The position numbers and the translations under genes are program-made. A stretch of DNA of 53,490 nt, filler included, from Sphacelaria rigidula (taxonomy: Eukaryota), in the NCBI GenBank assembly GCA_964200075.2. It is 5 parts of 5 records of this genome, joined end to end, with 100 filler letters (N's around TTAATTAATTAA, not from the genome) between each part and the next. Parts side by side here need not be neighbours in the genome. Positions count along the whole stretch, not along the records: positions 10,721 to 21,338 come from CAXNAA020006186.1; positions 21,439 to 32,056 come from CAXNAA020006187.1; 3 more parts are not named here. The stretch is one strand, 5' to 3'. Shown one piece after another: positions 12,212 through 24,848 of the stretch. How positions within the stretch are numbered: the first letter of the stretch is position 1; every line of letters starts with the position of its first letter. The notes under the pieces are model-generated. The model searched no databases and had not been told where the DNA came from. It worked only from the letters and a program-made list of their open reading frames with translations.

Positions 12212-15200
12212 GTCTTCTCGCATTATCAGTACTACTGTACCCAAATGTGGTGTACCGTGCTGTCGTACGTACTGTCTACTGTGCTGTACCGACCGTACTG
12301 GACTGCATGTATCACGCCAAGTCACTCAGTGACCGAAACTCTCGTCTCCGAAGAAGTGTAGCACGCAAGCTGCTTGGCTGATACCTGAAATTCGATCACT
12401 TCAGCCTCAAGCCCGATTGTACTGTATATTTTTATGATTCTTAGTATGCTGTGATAAGAACACGCCTGGTGACAGCTGCAGAGCGGTAAGTGTGGAGACA
12501 TGGGCACGAATAGAACCGAGAAGCATCAACACAATCAGAAATAGAACTGCTTCCTGAACAATGCATCAACTTTAATGACTCCGCATTTTTCACTCAAACG
12601 GAACTTAAAACCCAATCGGTCCGCAATTCCCGATCCTGCTATTCGCCACGAACATGGCCCGCCTTTTGGCGCTTTAACCTCCTTTCGGAATAGTATCAGC
12701 GACCGACGCATGAGAACGTCGTGGCGGAGTAGCTTCCTCCATGTCTGCGAGCATCACCCCCAGTGGTGGCATATCGTGTATCCTATGGTCTTCATTCAAC
12801 CCATTCCTCATGTAATTTGTTCAACTAAAAGAAGGATTGGACTAAAAAGACAAAAAAGTGTTGCGGAAAAACAGCGATCCAACCCGTGAGAGATGCTCCA
12901 CCTCTCTGTATACGACATCGCCAGCTGTCGATCCAACCGTCATCGAACATCACACCACGGCCGAAAGCCATGTCACATGAGGACCCGCTATTTTTTTATG
13001 ATACAGAAGAGGCTAAGGGTTATGACCAACGACATTACGATGGGACTGGGTAGGCTACGTGCTGAACCCCCCAAGCTTGGATTGGTCGCCGATCCTTGGG
13101 AGATGGTGTACACTTTCACAGCACCATCATTGCAGTTTGGACATCTGGTGAGGTGCCGCGTGGAAGGGTTCCACATTCAAAATACCACACAAAAAACACA
13201 GCACCCAGTGTTAGAAGTGTAAAGATATCTCCCTCGTGTCGCATGGTGGTAAAGCTCTCCTCAAACTCGTGTTTTTCGCGAGGGGGAGGGGAACTTCTGG
13301 AGAATAGTGTCGATTCTGGCGTCAAGGAATACCACCAATACTTCTATGTTCGTATCGTGTTACATTATTGACTGCAGGAGTTGGGAGGGACGAACAATTT
13401 GTATCCCCTACTGAACACGTCCGTCATCGACGTGCTGAAGGTAGGTGTACGGCTCCGTAGACCGTACGTTCCTGTGCGAATTAGTTGCCCGTGTTTCGGA
13501 ATACTTCCGCCGCGGGCGATCAGATTATTGGTATGTTTCATCGTGGCATGCGACCTAATATACATATTAGGCCCACTTCGTATTGTCGACATTGTACTCG
13601 TACTGTTTTTTCTTCTTTCAGAACCCCCCCCACAAAATCCGACATGTCGGACACTGCGTTCGGGCTCCTCCAACAACGAAGTGGCTTGATTTTTTCTCCA
13701 AATAACCTTCATTTTTGAACGAATCGAACATTTTAGGACTGCAGCCCAGCACTTCGGAGAGCTGTCCCATGTATGCCGCGGCGCTCATAAGCTGTCGACG
13801 ATCATCAATGTCCGAAATTTTCGCACATGTCCGAAAAAGCAGTGTCGGTAGTAACCTAGGGCCTTAAAAGGATGAACCTTGGGTACACTAGCAGCGACTA
13901 GATGATGGCCAATTATAACTATACAATAGTGGTTCCACGTTATTGCCAAGGAGGAGGCAATGATGTTTTCGTTCTTGCCAAATACAGTATTTCGCGGTAA
14001 ACGTGGCCATTAATCAGACTTGCTTGGCACATCTAGATTGTGGGCAAAAATTGAGGATAATACACGTGACCCAGGGCAAAGACCGCGCTGCGAGGGGGTG
14101 CGACGCGCGGTGTCGGAATTCTGTATGCGGATGACGCGGGCACAAGTTTAAGGTACCCAGGCAGCCTTGATAGGATTATGACTGTGATAATGGTGAATGA
14201 GTTTCTCGAGATGACCATTCGCAAGTCACGGTGTTAGCTTTTAGAAAACATAATTTCGCTCTTTGATGGTTTCCCGTGATTTTGGCCATCATCTGCTGAC
14301 TACCACCCTCCAGTAGGCTTTATTGATTGTTGGTAGACCACGGTTATGAAGTGATTATTCCGATGGCGGTACTGTGAATTTGTGATGACGACCTACAGTA
14401 CGCTGTGGGTCGCTTCTTTTATCGGAGCACGGGGTCTGGCCTAGACGTTCGAGCGGTGCATACCAGCGCTGGTTGTGTGTCTTTACCCCGCCATGGTCCG
14501 TATCGCGCAAATAATGGGGCTGGGCAGCACCTTGTTCGTTTTAGGGAAGACGAAACAGTAAACACACCAGTCGGTGTGCAGATAGCACTGCGTCCCGACT
14601 GATACTATATTTACAGAGACGGACACAACAATACAGCAGCTCAGGCAATCTCAGCGGAGACCAAATCGTCTTCGCAAGGTCTAAATACACCACAGAGCAG
14701 TGACAGCTACAGCACATGAGAGAGGACGTGGGTGTGTTCGTGCTGCAGTACAGTGAAACAGGCCATGCCTCATGTTTTAGTTCTTCGCCTGATTTTAAAC
14801 GGGTCCTCAGTGTTTGCCGGGCGCCGATCTTGGACGTTCGGCCATAATCGCGCTTAGCGCAAATGCAAAATCATCCCCATGTATGGCTCCTGTGCCCTCT
14901 TACTTATCCAACGCCGATACCACAATAACCGTGTTCGCATGAAGCACACTGTACACGAAACCCTTTACCACGAGCTGCGGGCAGAAAGGACTGAACAGTT
15001 ATTCATTCCAAACGTGAAAAATTCCGACGACATGATGCTAGAAAATTATCTATGAACACCGCACGAGCCAAGCGCTAACTTTCTCATGGCTATTCTGCAT
15101 TTAGTAAGAGGTTCGCGTTTACATTAAAGGCGCGAATAACTGGCTGAGAGGGGCGATACTCGGGAATTTACTTGCAAAACTGATCCCGCCACACGTTCAC

Positions 15201-15945
15201 GTTTCGTGGTATGTTCTATTTTACTTGAATATGTACGCGTATACAACTGTTTAAGCCTCCGTATCAGAATGATTCACGAAGGACAAAGACTCGTGCACCT
15301 GCTCCCTCAACTACGTGGCACGCACATGAGGCCGAGTTTACAGAAAATTAAGCACCTTTGTCTCATACAAAATACCCGAGGGTACAACGGTGCGCGAAAC
15401 AATATGTTTCCACATCTGTTCCCGAGGGTACTCTGAAACTAAGTAATATATATGTATATGTATATATACTTTAAACTTTTCTCAAAGTCCTAAGCCACTA
15501 ATTTGTTTCGAATTCACGTTTTGGCGTGTACCCTTAGAGTGTAGTCACGGTAAATGCTAAATCATAAATCTGGTTCCTCGGACCCGTGGCTAGTGTTGTA
15601 GTGTCACTCCGAACCGCGGTCGTACTTGCCGAGAACGGGGGGACATGCAATTATCGAGACCGAGTCACGCTATGTTTGTGGTTCTAAAGCTATAACTGAC
15701 ATCCCACGATAGGGGAGGGAGCAGAGGTCGACCAAATCGTTGCTCAAAATGGCCACTTTTAGAAGTCGACGAAGGCAGGCAGCAAAGAGCACCTGAAAGA
15801 AGGCGTATTTCTGTTGTCGATTCTTAGCGACATGCTGCTAGCTTGACGCGATTTTTTTCCCCTTTGTCACACCTTCTACGCTTCTCTTCCCTCAGGACGC
15901 GTCCGTGGTCTCAATGGACCAACCCATTTCCCCTCCCCGGTACAC

Positions 15946-16061
15946 GCCCAGGTGATTGAAAGCAAGCCTGGTCCGGCGAAAACCCGACGTGCTCCGTCCC
16001 GGCTTTGTAGGGATGCGAGGTCAATGGTCTCATGACTATGGCATGCATGATCATGAGTACA
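15946..16061 (+). mobile_element. 5'-truncated retroposon copy (CATGCATGATCATGAGTACA family) with 11-bp TSD
   Basis: CCCCGGTACAC at 15935-15945 and 16062-16072. Homologous to copies at 21439-21620, 26914-26938 and 35785-35850. Confidence 0.8.
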
Positions 16062-16959
16062 CCCCGGTACACACCTCGCACTTTGGTATCGTAAATTGGA
16101 TCAGCACTCTGACGAGATAAAAATGTTTTCTACTCACGCCCTTGTATTTTTAACGCCAGAAATCACATACTTTCAGAAGAAAAAAAATGAATTCGCCGTG
16201 AAATCGAATCCATATTCTTTCGATCTAATGGTCTTTGTACCTCGTGAAAATGCACGGCACACAAAAGCGTGCCGTTTTACATCGCATCCGTAAATGCCAT
16301 CGTTTTGTTCCACAATTTATCTCCCCAGCCTACCATGAGGTGACTCGATGGTAGTTACTCGCCTATCCCTGCTGATTGGTCCCTTTTTGAAATGTGTTTT
16401 CTATCGACACTCATATTCCCACCTCCTGATTGCTTGTCAACAGGCCCGTACGATACGTAGCATTGTCTATCCGGTAATAGTACACATATGTATGAAGTAT
16501 ATGGGAGTATTTCGCTTCATACCTACTATGTTGTCTGGATAGTCTGTGGGTCGGGTCGAAACTGCGCCACACGAAGTGCCCGACCTTAAAAGTAAGCTCA
16601 AGAAAGAACCCTCTTGACGGATACCTTGTTTAACAGAAAAGCACACTATGGTAATAGCACGTGGAAGATAGGCACATTGCATTTTATTGAACTACTGATT
16701 GCGTCTGGATACTACACACGAGCACGGCCGAAAAGACAACGACGATCTCGGTAAAACGTGTAACCTTTGCGTCGACTCTCAGTGACATGAACACATATCA
16801 TTCTAGTGCACGTGCAATCTTTTCTTTTACGAAACATGCTGCCCTTGTAACACACACTTTTCGATTCGTGTTTTTGGTGGGTGTCGGGCCACCCTGCGTT
16901 GATCTAGAGAGCACGCTTGCCGTGTCCTACCACTACACGATATGCTAATGCCGGAAAGC

Positions 16960-19900
16960 TCATTCTGTGATCATCTCGGGGTTGCCAGCCACAGCAAGCT
17001 TGTCCTGTACCACGAGGATAAGCTGGTCTACGCAGGAGGTGCCCGCATCCGGCATGTTTTCTTTGCAGAATGCAAAGATGACATCCGCCGGCTCGTCGTC
17101 CTCGAATATGGTCAGCTCCATCTCCACATCGTCAACGCTTATAGGCAGGGAGAGTACTACGCCATCCTGGTAGAAAAATGTCAATGTAGTATGCAGACGG
17201 AAGGATAAAGTGACAGGCATTTTTCAGATTGACCGAAAAAAAAGCACAGTAAATCTGATCGACCGATATCCCCTAGTCGTCGGCCGATTGTGGTTCGCAT
17301 TGGGATGAGTAATGGAGAATCAGGCAAAGGTACCGCCAATTTGTTTTCAACACACCAAGATTACGAGTGAAAATTTAGCAGTTTTGGGACAAGGGTAGGG
17401 AGGTGGTAGCGATGATACCCCACAAATGTCGTGTCCTCTCCCCGTGCGTCCCAAGTTATTATCCAGGAAGTGGCAGGATATACACTACCACCCTCCCTAC
17501 CGCCCCGAAGGCTCTTCTAACGCATAGAGATGGAGGTGCTCGACCGTTGTAATTCATCGTTGGAATGTGCGTCGTTGGTGAGTGGGGCGGCTGATCAAGC
17601 AACCTTGTCGACAACAACAGAAGGAAGATCGATTGTCGCGATGTGCAGGGAACAGTCAGTCAATCAGAACCATTAAAATGGTTACTCCACCTCCCCTTAG
17701 GCCTACTGCCCGATCTGAACATATCCTGGATACACGCATGTTTGATCTGGGAAGTAATCTCTGATGATCGGGGGACCCGTTCGCCCCTCCATCAAATACA
17801 TAAAACCCTCGGTTGTCAGCCATCGATACTCTTCCGGAACGATCTGCGTAGCATACTGCATTCCCGACATGCAAAACCCCACATCACGCTACACTCCATC
17901 TTCACGTGGCATTTTCACGCAAATTCTGTATGTCCCAAAGTAGATACTATCCCTCGGAGAGTGGAACGTACAAATTCCAGTCCACAGGGCACTATCGTCC
18001 CAAGGTAGCCGGTGTTCACGCAAGGAAAGCAGAGGGCACACGGTGACATAAAAAAAGACGCACGAAGGGCACGCATCACGATGATACCGACTGGTGGTGT
18101 AGCTGTTTGAAATTTCAACTTCTGGGTGTCCATTTGTTGATTTCCCCTTCCCAGGGGAAGAAAGCGTGTGCGGGGGCGGGGGCGGTGCCTGGGCATCCAA
18201 AATCCAGGGCACGAGTCCTCTTGCATCAGGTGGAGTTTACGGAGTACTAGTATAAAATGCTCACGTTTCGACGGGTATTACCACGCAGTTTTCGCGTACG
18301 ATTTTTTCGGGTTCAACATCAGCTGTTGGCACCTGATTCCTACCTCCATTTCCAGTGCCGATACTCGAAAAGTGTGCTAAGCGGTCTTTCCGCTTTTCCT
18401 ATACAACCACGAACCTCTGCAGGTGTGGTCCTCATGTAATTCCTGTCGGCTTTCTCGAGGCTACCCTCGGCTACGTCACGGAAATCCACGGGGAGTGGTG
18501 GACTTTCCCACGCCTCTTTGTTTTTTCCTTGGTACTGCTCCTCGTGGTTGAGCGGTGCTCCCCCCTCGTATTCGGCGTCCAATTTACCGTCCGTGTTTTT
18601 GTTGCCACTCTCGCTCGTGGCTTGCTCAACCAGAACAGCGTCAATCGCTCTACCCGCGTTGATCTGCAATGCGTCAACCAATTGCGTAGTCGGGGTTTCG
18701 TCGGCGCTAACGAAATGAGCCTTACTCAAGTTAGCGTCTGTTGACAGGTATGTACCACGTCAAGCTGACCTACATATATATATACAACAGCACTGAATGG
18801 GATATCGATCGACACATCGACCGGTAATAAAGAGTGTGCAGTTTGGCACAATACACGCAACGTGTGCCTTTTGAACGGCTGACCAAATCAGCAAGACAGC
18901 GTGAACTTAGCTTGGAACGGTGGTCGAGGCAGAGATACACGTCAGATGGGTCTATTTCGACTGTGCATCGCTGTACTGTGGTTCGTCCGCGCACACCTCG
19001 ACACCAAGTTCGCTAGTAGCTGCGCCAGATGGGGCGGCAGCTGCAGCGGTAGCGTGAGTCCTCTGAGTAGATTCGTGGGGCTTCAGGTCTTCTCGCAGGG
19101 ATGCTAGCAAGGCTGGACTTGACTGTCAGATACGAAATGACAAGGAATTATATGCAGGTCGCGGTGACCTTCCCACGCACGGTAGAGTCATCTTCACATC
19201 ATATTCGAGTGAGTATAATCGAAGCTGATAGCTCTCGAGGTGAAATCGTAAGGTGCAAAGGAGGCATGGATCAGCAGGTCAAAATTTACCCGTGCTTCTA
19301 CTGTATATGATCCGCATCAAATCAACACGGGATCAATATCATACATTTTCTATTGCGAGTACGATATCCCCATTATCTTGCTGTAAAATCATTCAAGAGG
19401 TTTGTCGTCCTTGCGTCTTCCTCGTGTAGGCGTTAAAAAGCGCAACTTCCACGTTGTCTTACCTTCGCGATCCTCTTCAACAGCGAGGCGGACATGTTCT
19501 CTATTCCTGACCGGAAACCCTTCACGCATGCATCATGGCACAGCGGCCTGGGGGAGTCGTTCAAGGCGCGATTACACTTTTGATCCAGTCGACTCTCGGC
19601 ATGAAAAGAGGAAACTTTGCCATCGTTGACACACGCGTCGTAGCAGTTCGTATCGACGGCTTCCTTGAACGCATCCTGACAGTAGCGCGGTACCTGCGAG
19701 GAGTGCAACAGCGAAGATTGTCGCAAAAATCATGTTGCTTGTGCATATATACTAGATTTTCAAAATTAGTGGTGCGCTGTATATATACCAGGCACCCAGC
19801 CCAAGCTGCCAGTGGCGCAAACCTTTGTGTACGCATGTATCGTATGTGCATCGTGGGCCGTGGGCTCACCTTGGGCCTCGGCAACGAATTCCGGAAGGCA

Positions 19901-20025
19901 CTGCACGCCGACTTGGCGTTAATCGATCTCTTGACATCGGCGCAAATTATGTGGCACTCATCAGCCACGGCCGCTATCGCTGCCAAAAGGACGATGAGTA
20001 CAGGAACGGCAATATTGCTCCTCAT
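16960..20025 (-). CDS. Secreted Cys-rich protein of unknown function; exons 20025-19870, 19693-19463, 19122-~19005, 18737-18415, 17166-16960
   Basis: Signal-peptide-like N-terminus (MRSNIAVPVLIVLLAAIAAVA). Two C-x7-PRP-x5-C repeats, a low-complexity linker and an acidic C-terminal domain (LSLPISVDDVEMELTIFEDDEPADVIFAFCKE). GT-AG sites with compatible phases; the exon 3 donor is uncertain (19005 vs 18997). Confidence 0.8.
17394..17501. repeat. Small inverted-repeat (MITE-like) element in an intron
   Basis: GGTAGGGAGGTGGTAGCG ... CACTACCACCCTCCCTACC, ~18-bp inverted ends. Confidence 0.5.
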
Positions 20026-21338
20026 TGTACCTAGATCGTTGAAAAAGTCACTATAGTTGAGGTTGTTGCAAGGGGAGGCAACTTTCGACTACCGGCGCCG
20101 TCCTGCCCAGACAGTTACAATCACTACTTGCACTTATCCAAAAAAAGAAATCTGCATCCATATCCAAAGTCTTGACGGCGTTTTTTTACGATGCAACAAG
20201 TGTTTTTCCTGTCGTACTCTTTTTATGTTTGTCTCGTACGGTTGGCACATGCTCGGGTTTTTTCTCGTCATGTAGCTACATTCCTTCTTGAGACGCGGTA
20301 TATACCCTCAGCAGTTCACCATTGTAGTGACGCAGCCCTTGCGAGAGGGATGATGCTATATGTTTGCTTTTTTGCTTGGTGTGAGTACCAGGGTAGTCCA
20401 CAAGTCTTCATCTGGGATATTTTTTATAAATCCATCTATCGACTGCGGGTCTGAATGTACACTATAGGAATGGTCATGGCATCGGAGCGATGGTCACATC
20501 CCACGAGCTGGCGCCACAGCATCGTCAGCTGTCTGGCGTCTGCCGTGGGTAGATAGAGTGCTCCCCGCGCAGAAAAAAATTGGAAGGGCTGGAACGGATC
20601 AAAGCAGCTTCGTTCATTCGGTAAGAGAGGAAATACGAATCATCATGTTGGCAATTCCTCTCCCATAGATGGTGCTGTCACGACAAGCCGCTCCTATTCC
20701 CGCTTTGGTACACAAGGCAGTACGATGCAAGCACCGTACTATTTTATCTCGCCCGCCAACGAAGAGCGAGATTAGGGCTCACGTGCATCTTGCTCATGCT
20801 GTCAATGTTTTTCCGTAAATATAAAATAAAAGTGCGTGGTGGTCACCATTTTGTGCTTCGGACATAAGTGCGGTGCCCGAAACGGCCAACTCGGATTCAG
20901 TAAGGTTCAACACTACAGTACAGTGGAGTACTGTATACGAACAGCATCGAAGTTGAATGTAACGCGCTGTACTGCACTGTCTGCGGACAGCGCCGTCTGT
21001 TTTCGGCAGTTGCACGCTGTCAGGTACATGACTCAATGATATCTCGTCCGATTTCCAATTCATCATCATATCACACACATATACCGCATCACTCAAGCAG
21101 AGCATACCCTTTTTATTCCTGTACGAGTATGCGGTCTTTGGTGTGTTTTCGTTTCGTCACATGTTCACCCTTAGACGGCGAGCGTCGCCTCGGAACAGTT
21201 TCGCAGGCTGACAGTCCGGAGACATCCGGGTGTCTCCAGGAGGGGAGAGGGGGGGGGGGGGTTGTCCGCAGAGCAGTCGCAGAGCTCCAAAAAATCAACC
21301 ATGTGTGTTTGGAAGTCCCTCATGGAAGATTCTAAGCC

Positions 21339-21438
21339 NNNNNNNNNNNNNNNNNNNNNNNNNNNNNNNNNNNNNNNNNNNNTTAATTAATTAANNNNNN
21401 NNNNNNNNNNNNNNNNNNNNNNNNNNNNNNNNNNNNNN
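21339..21438. other. Artificial contig linker
   Basis: N44-TTAATTAATTAA-N44. Confidence 0.98.
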
Positions 21439-21620
21439 CATCAGACCATTGACCTCGCATCCCTACAAAGCCGGGACGGAGCACGCCGGGTTTCCGCCGG
21501 ACCAGGCGGCTCGGGGGGGGGGGGACTCATGATCATGCATGTCATTGCCATAAGACCATTGACCTCGCATCCCTACGAAGCCGGTACGGAGCACGCCGGA
21601 TTTTCGTCGGACCAGGCTCG
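21439..21620 (-). mobile_element. Two adjacent copies of the CATGCATGATCATGAG retroposon family separated by a G-run
   Basis: GACCATTGACCTCGCATCCCTAC(A/G)AAGCCGG occurs twice and is the reverse complement of 15966-16060. Confidence 0.75.
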
Positions 21621-21889
21621 CACTTAACCACCAAGCGCGATGCGCCGTGGTGTGTTGGGCGAGTCACATGAAGGGTGAGTTGCGTCCTGCCAGATTGTTT
21701 GGCCCGAAGCCTATTGATTATCTTGCATTTGGATGACAGCCTCCAATGCGTTGCTTCATTGTCTGGTATCGCCACCTCCGGAGACAGCCACCGCTTTTAC
21801 ACTGCCTAATGGGTATCTCACCAGCGGGGAGCGGGGACTCAGTACGGCTCTCACAACTCTCCATGAAGTACATTCTTCGGAAGATTCCA

Positions 21890-22289
21890 CACCCTGGACA
21901 ATACAATATGTTCCCAATATATATTAGTCTATCATATTGGAATACTGCGATATATTGCCGGCGTAATATATAGTGGATCCCGTGGACTGCACACGTATTG
22001 CGCACCCAATATATATTGGTGTCGCGGGACTGCAAACGTATTGCCCACCCAATATATTTTGGTACCGTGGAATTGTACACATATTATCCCATCAATATAT
22101 ATTGAGGCGGTGTGGGCGAAGACATATTGCATGATCAATATATATATATTGGGGTCGTATTGGTGAGAACATATTGACCGTTCAATAGATAGTGGGTCCG
22201 CGTGGGTGCCAGTGTATTGGTCGGTCAATATATATTGGGCCCGTAAGGGTGCGAATATATGTATATATATATATTGCCCGGTCAGGGCG
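21890..22289 (+). repeat. Motif/spacer array 1: (Y)RTATTG-N6-CAATATATATTG-N17-18, period 43 bp
   Basis: Palindrome copies at 21964, 22007, 22050, 22093, 22136, 22183 and 22226, plus 21915. Bounded by CACCCTGGACAATA and TATTGCCCGGTCAGGGCG. Confidence 0.88.
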
Positions 22290-22316
22290 TCAGTACAAGT
22301 ATATACTATACATCGG

Positions 22317-23411
22317 GGTAGTTTGTATTGTACCATCTTTTATGGCAGTCACCGATCTCGAAATTTCCGAACATCGGGGGGAAATCATCGGGGAACGTAT
22401 TTTCGTGGGCCCCGATTTCGACCGAATCGGGGGAGAAAAAATCGTGGTGTAACGATTTCCTCCAATATTTTGCGGAACATCGGGGGGAAGAGCAATGCTA
22501 CGGTAGGGGTATACTTTTTTCGCGAAATACCGGCTAGTTCAGGGGCTCCTAACGATTATAGATACACAAGAATATGGGTCAGGGCATCCCCGTTCGCAAA
22601 TTCATTCGGGATATCCCCAGCACATTGGAGTAGTAATCCTGCCGCACGTTTGAATATTTTCATAAGTGGTGTTCTGCATGAGATCAAGGGCTCTTACCAA
22701 TCCTAACCTCAGAAAATATTTGTGCACCCCTATCGTAGCATCACTCGGAAGGTGAGGTACCCCCAATTTCGAGGAGGTAACGCACGTACACTGGCGTACA
22801 ATGGTAGGATTTTGAGGCGTGTGATATTTTTGCGATAGCAGCAAAAGACAGTCTCGTGATAGCGCAGGGTGTGCCTGCTCGCGACAGCTGCTGAAGCAAC
22901 TTCGCAAGAGGTCTGACTAGCGGATAAGCGCTAACGCCGTACGGCGGCCTTGGTGATATCTTATGCTGCAATGCCCCCGCCATGTGGATCACCATGACGA
23001 ACGGTACTGTACCATGATAGTCTGTTGTCGCCGTACTTGCAGGGTGATACATGGCACTGAACTACTGAACTTTTCTCGCGTACTGTTTGTTCATTATTCT
23101 CGCAATCAATGCCGACTGTGGCATCATGTATCACCACGCGTCATTGTCATGTACTGTGATGATGGAGTGCCCTAGACCGTATTACCCTAGGGTACCATCG
23201 GACGACACCGTACTCGAAGGATTATTCACAACCTACCTACTCTTCGGCTTCAAGAGTACGCTCGCGAGACAGACAGTAGCGCTCTCATGCAGAAAGAGAC
23301 TGTACGGAACTATTTCACAAATCTGTGATACCGTGAAACGGTGACCCCGATTTTGAGTTCGCGAATTTGAGGTTCGTTGCCATAAAAGGTTATTACAACA
23401 TATCACCTACC
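22317..23411. mobile_element. Diverged long-TIR non-autonomous DNA transposon
   Basis: 22317-22390 is an imperfect inverted copy of 23345-23411 (shared TGCCATAAAAG; GGGTAG/CTACCC ends). 22490-22520 is inverted at 22715-22746. Repeated ATCGGGG subterminal motifs. No TSD seen. Confidence 0.55.
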
Positions 23412-23657
23412 CAATATAAATTGGGTGGGGGTGTTGATGTCGGGTATATCTTTCACCGAACCATAGTATTCAAGTAATATACTCTACCCCGTCCTGAAAG
23501 TCATGCCGTCCAACGAATCTCTCATTCACTGTAATGCAACAAGTACATCATTCAATATTTGTCTTGGCGAGCAGGATATTTACAAGAGATCCATTTCGAA
23601 TCAGTCCGAGAAGAAAAACGTAGGCGAGAGTATTGCGTCGTCCCTTGGGGATACCTC

Positions 23658-23882
23658 GGAGTAGTTTTTCGAAGAAAAGTGATCTGATTAATTCGTCACC
23701 TGACCCTTTGGCTGCGAGGTTACGTTGGTGGATGAATCGGCATCACTTTTTCTTGAAACAATTCCGGAATATTTCGGAGTAATGCTTTGAGGAAAAGTGA
23801 TCCAAATCATTAGTAGCCTGCTCCTTTGGCTGGGAGATGTTTACTCTGGCTAATGAATCGGCATCACTCTTGCTTGAAACAA
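23658..23882 (+). repeat. Diverged tandem duplication, 2 x ~120 bp
   Basis: GAAAAGTGATC...CCTTTGGCTG...ATGAATCGGCATCACT...TTGAAACAA occurs twice. Confidence 0.75.
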
Positions 23883-24033
23883 AACCACGAACGTCGGGGG
23901 TATTTCATACTGAAAGTTCCGGTATTGTTTCCTGTAAATTACTTTTTGAATATACCGGGAGTCTCAAGTTTGATATGCCTCTGTTGTGTACGAGCTAGTT
24001 ACCTCTCGGGGTATGTACTATTTTGTGGCAGTT

Positions 24034-24690
24034 AAGTGCAAAAAGGGTGAATGGCTGCCAGCTACCCACGGAAGAATATTCGTCTGTGGCTCTCAGCTGT
24101 CCACGGGAAAACATGTATTTGTGGATCTCTATCCCTCTACAGACCACCCGCCCACCACCCCCTTCTCTCCTCCGCATAACGAAGGAGCAAGGCGACTGTT
24201 TGCATACAAAGAAGACATACTGATCAATTTGTCATAAAAAGTAGAAAATGGACGCATTTGTTTCGTAAAGCCATGCAATCGGCCGACCGCCAGTGGCGAG
24301 TACTGAATGGTGGTGACGAGGTCAGACGATGGGTGCAGTTGTGGGACCTCGCAGGGGTCGACGAACACCTGTGCCGTCTTGCCGCATCGATGGGTTGCCA
24401 CAACAACCCGTGTACCGGAGGGTGTCAAGACGGCAATCGCCAACATCGATCTTCTGCAGGGAAAACGGCTCTGCAGAGTCCCGCCAACCTCAAAGACCAT
24501 GCGATATTTCAAGTATGGTGTACGCTTTGAAAAGGTCCAGACGCCATGGATGCCGGAGCCCGTGCGGATAGGGAAAAGCTTGCATGAAAGGAAGCCACAG
24601 AAGTTCTCGTCCGTGGCCACGGAAAATTGACGAAAGAGTTTGATATATCTATTGGCCGGAAAATATTATAACAGACGAGGCGACCGAGTA
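24034..24690 (+). pseudogene. Decayed ORF, possibly a MULE-type transposase C-terminal/SWIM remnant
   Basis: One frame runs ~220 codons with three internal stops. It contains CSCGTSQGSTNTCAVLPHRW, which loosely resembles a SWIM finger plus the RW motif. Confidence 0.25.
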
Positions 24691-24848
24691 TAAATGCTTT
24701 CTGATACCTATCTCGCAAGCGGTGCGGTGTCGCCCATACTCTTCACAGTACGTAAGATATCTTGGCTGAACTATACGACGGCAGAAAACGTGGGTCGATA
24801 TATATGCCCCTTTTAGTACCCCTCTGGTCACTGGTGCTGTGTTGATTA

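Noticed and set aside
13378-13440. Exon-like segment (cag|ELGGTNNLYPLLNTSVIDVLK|gtag)
   Set aside because: Plausible splice sites, but no partner exons or recognisable homology.
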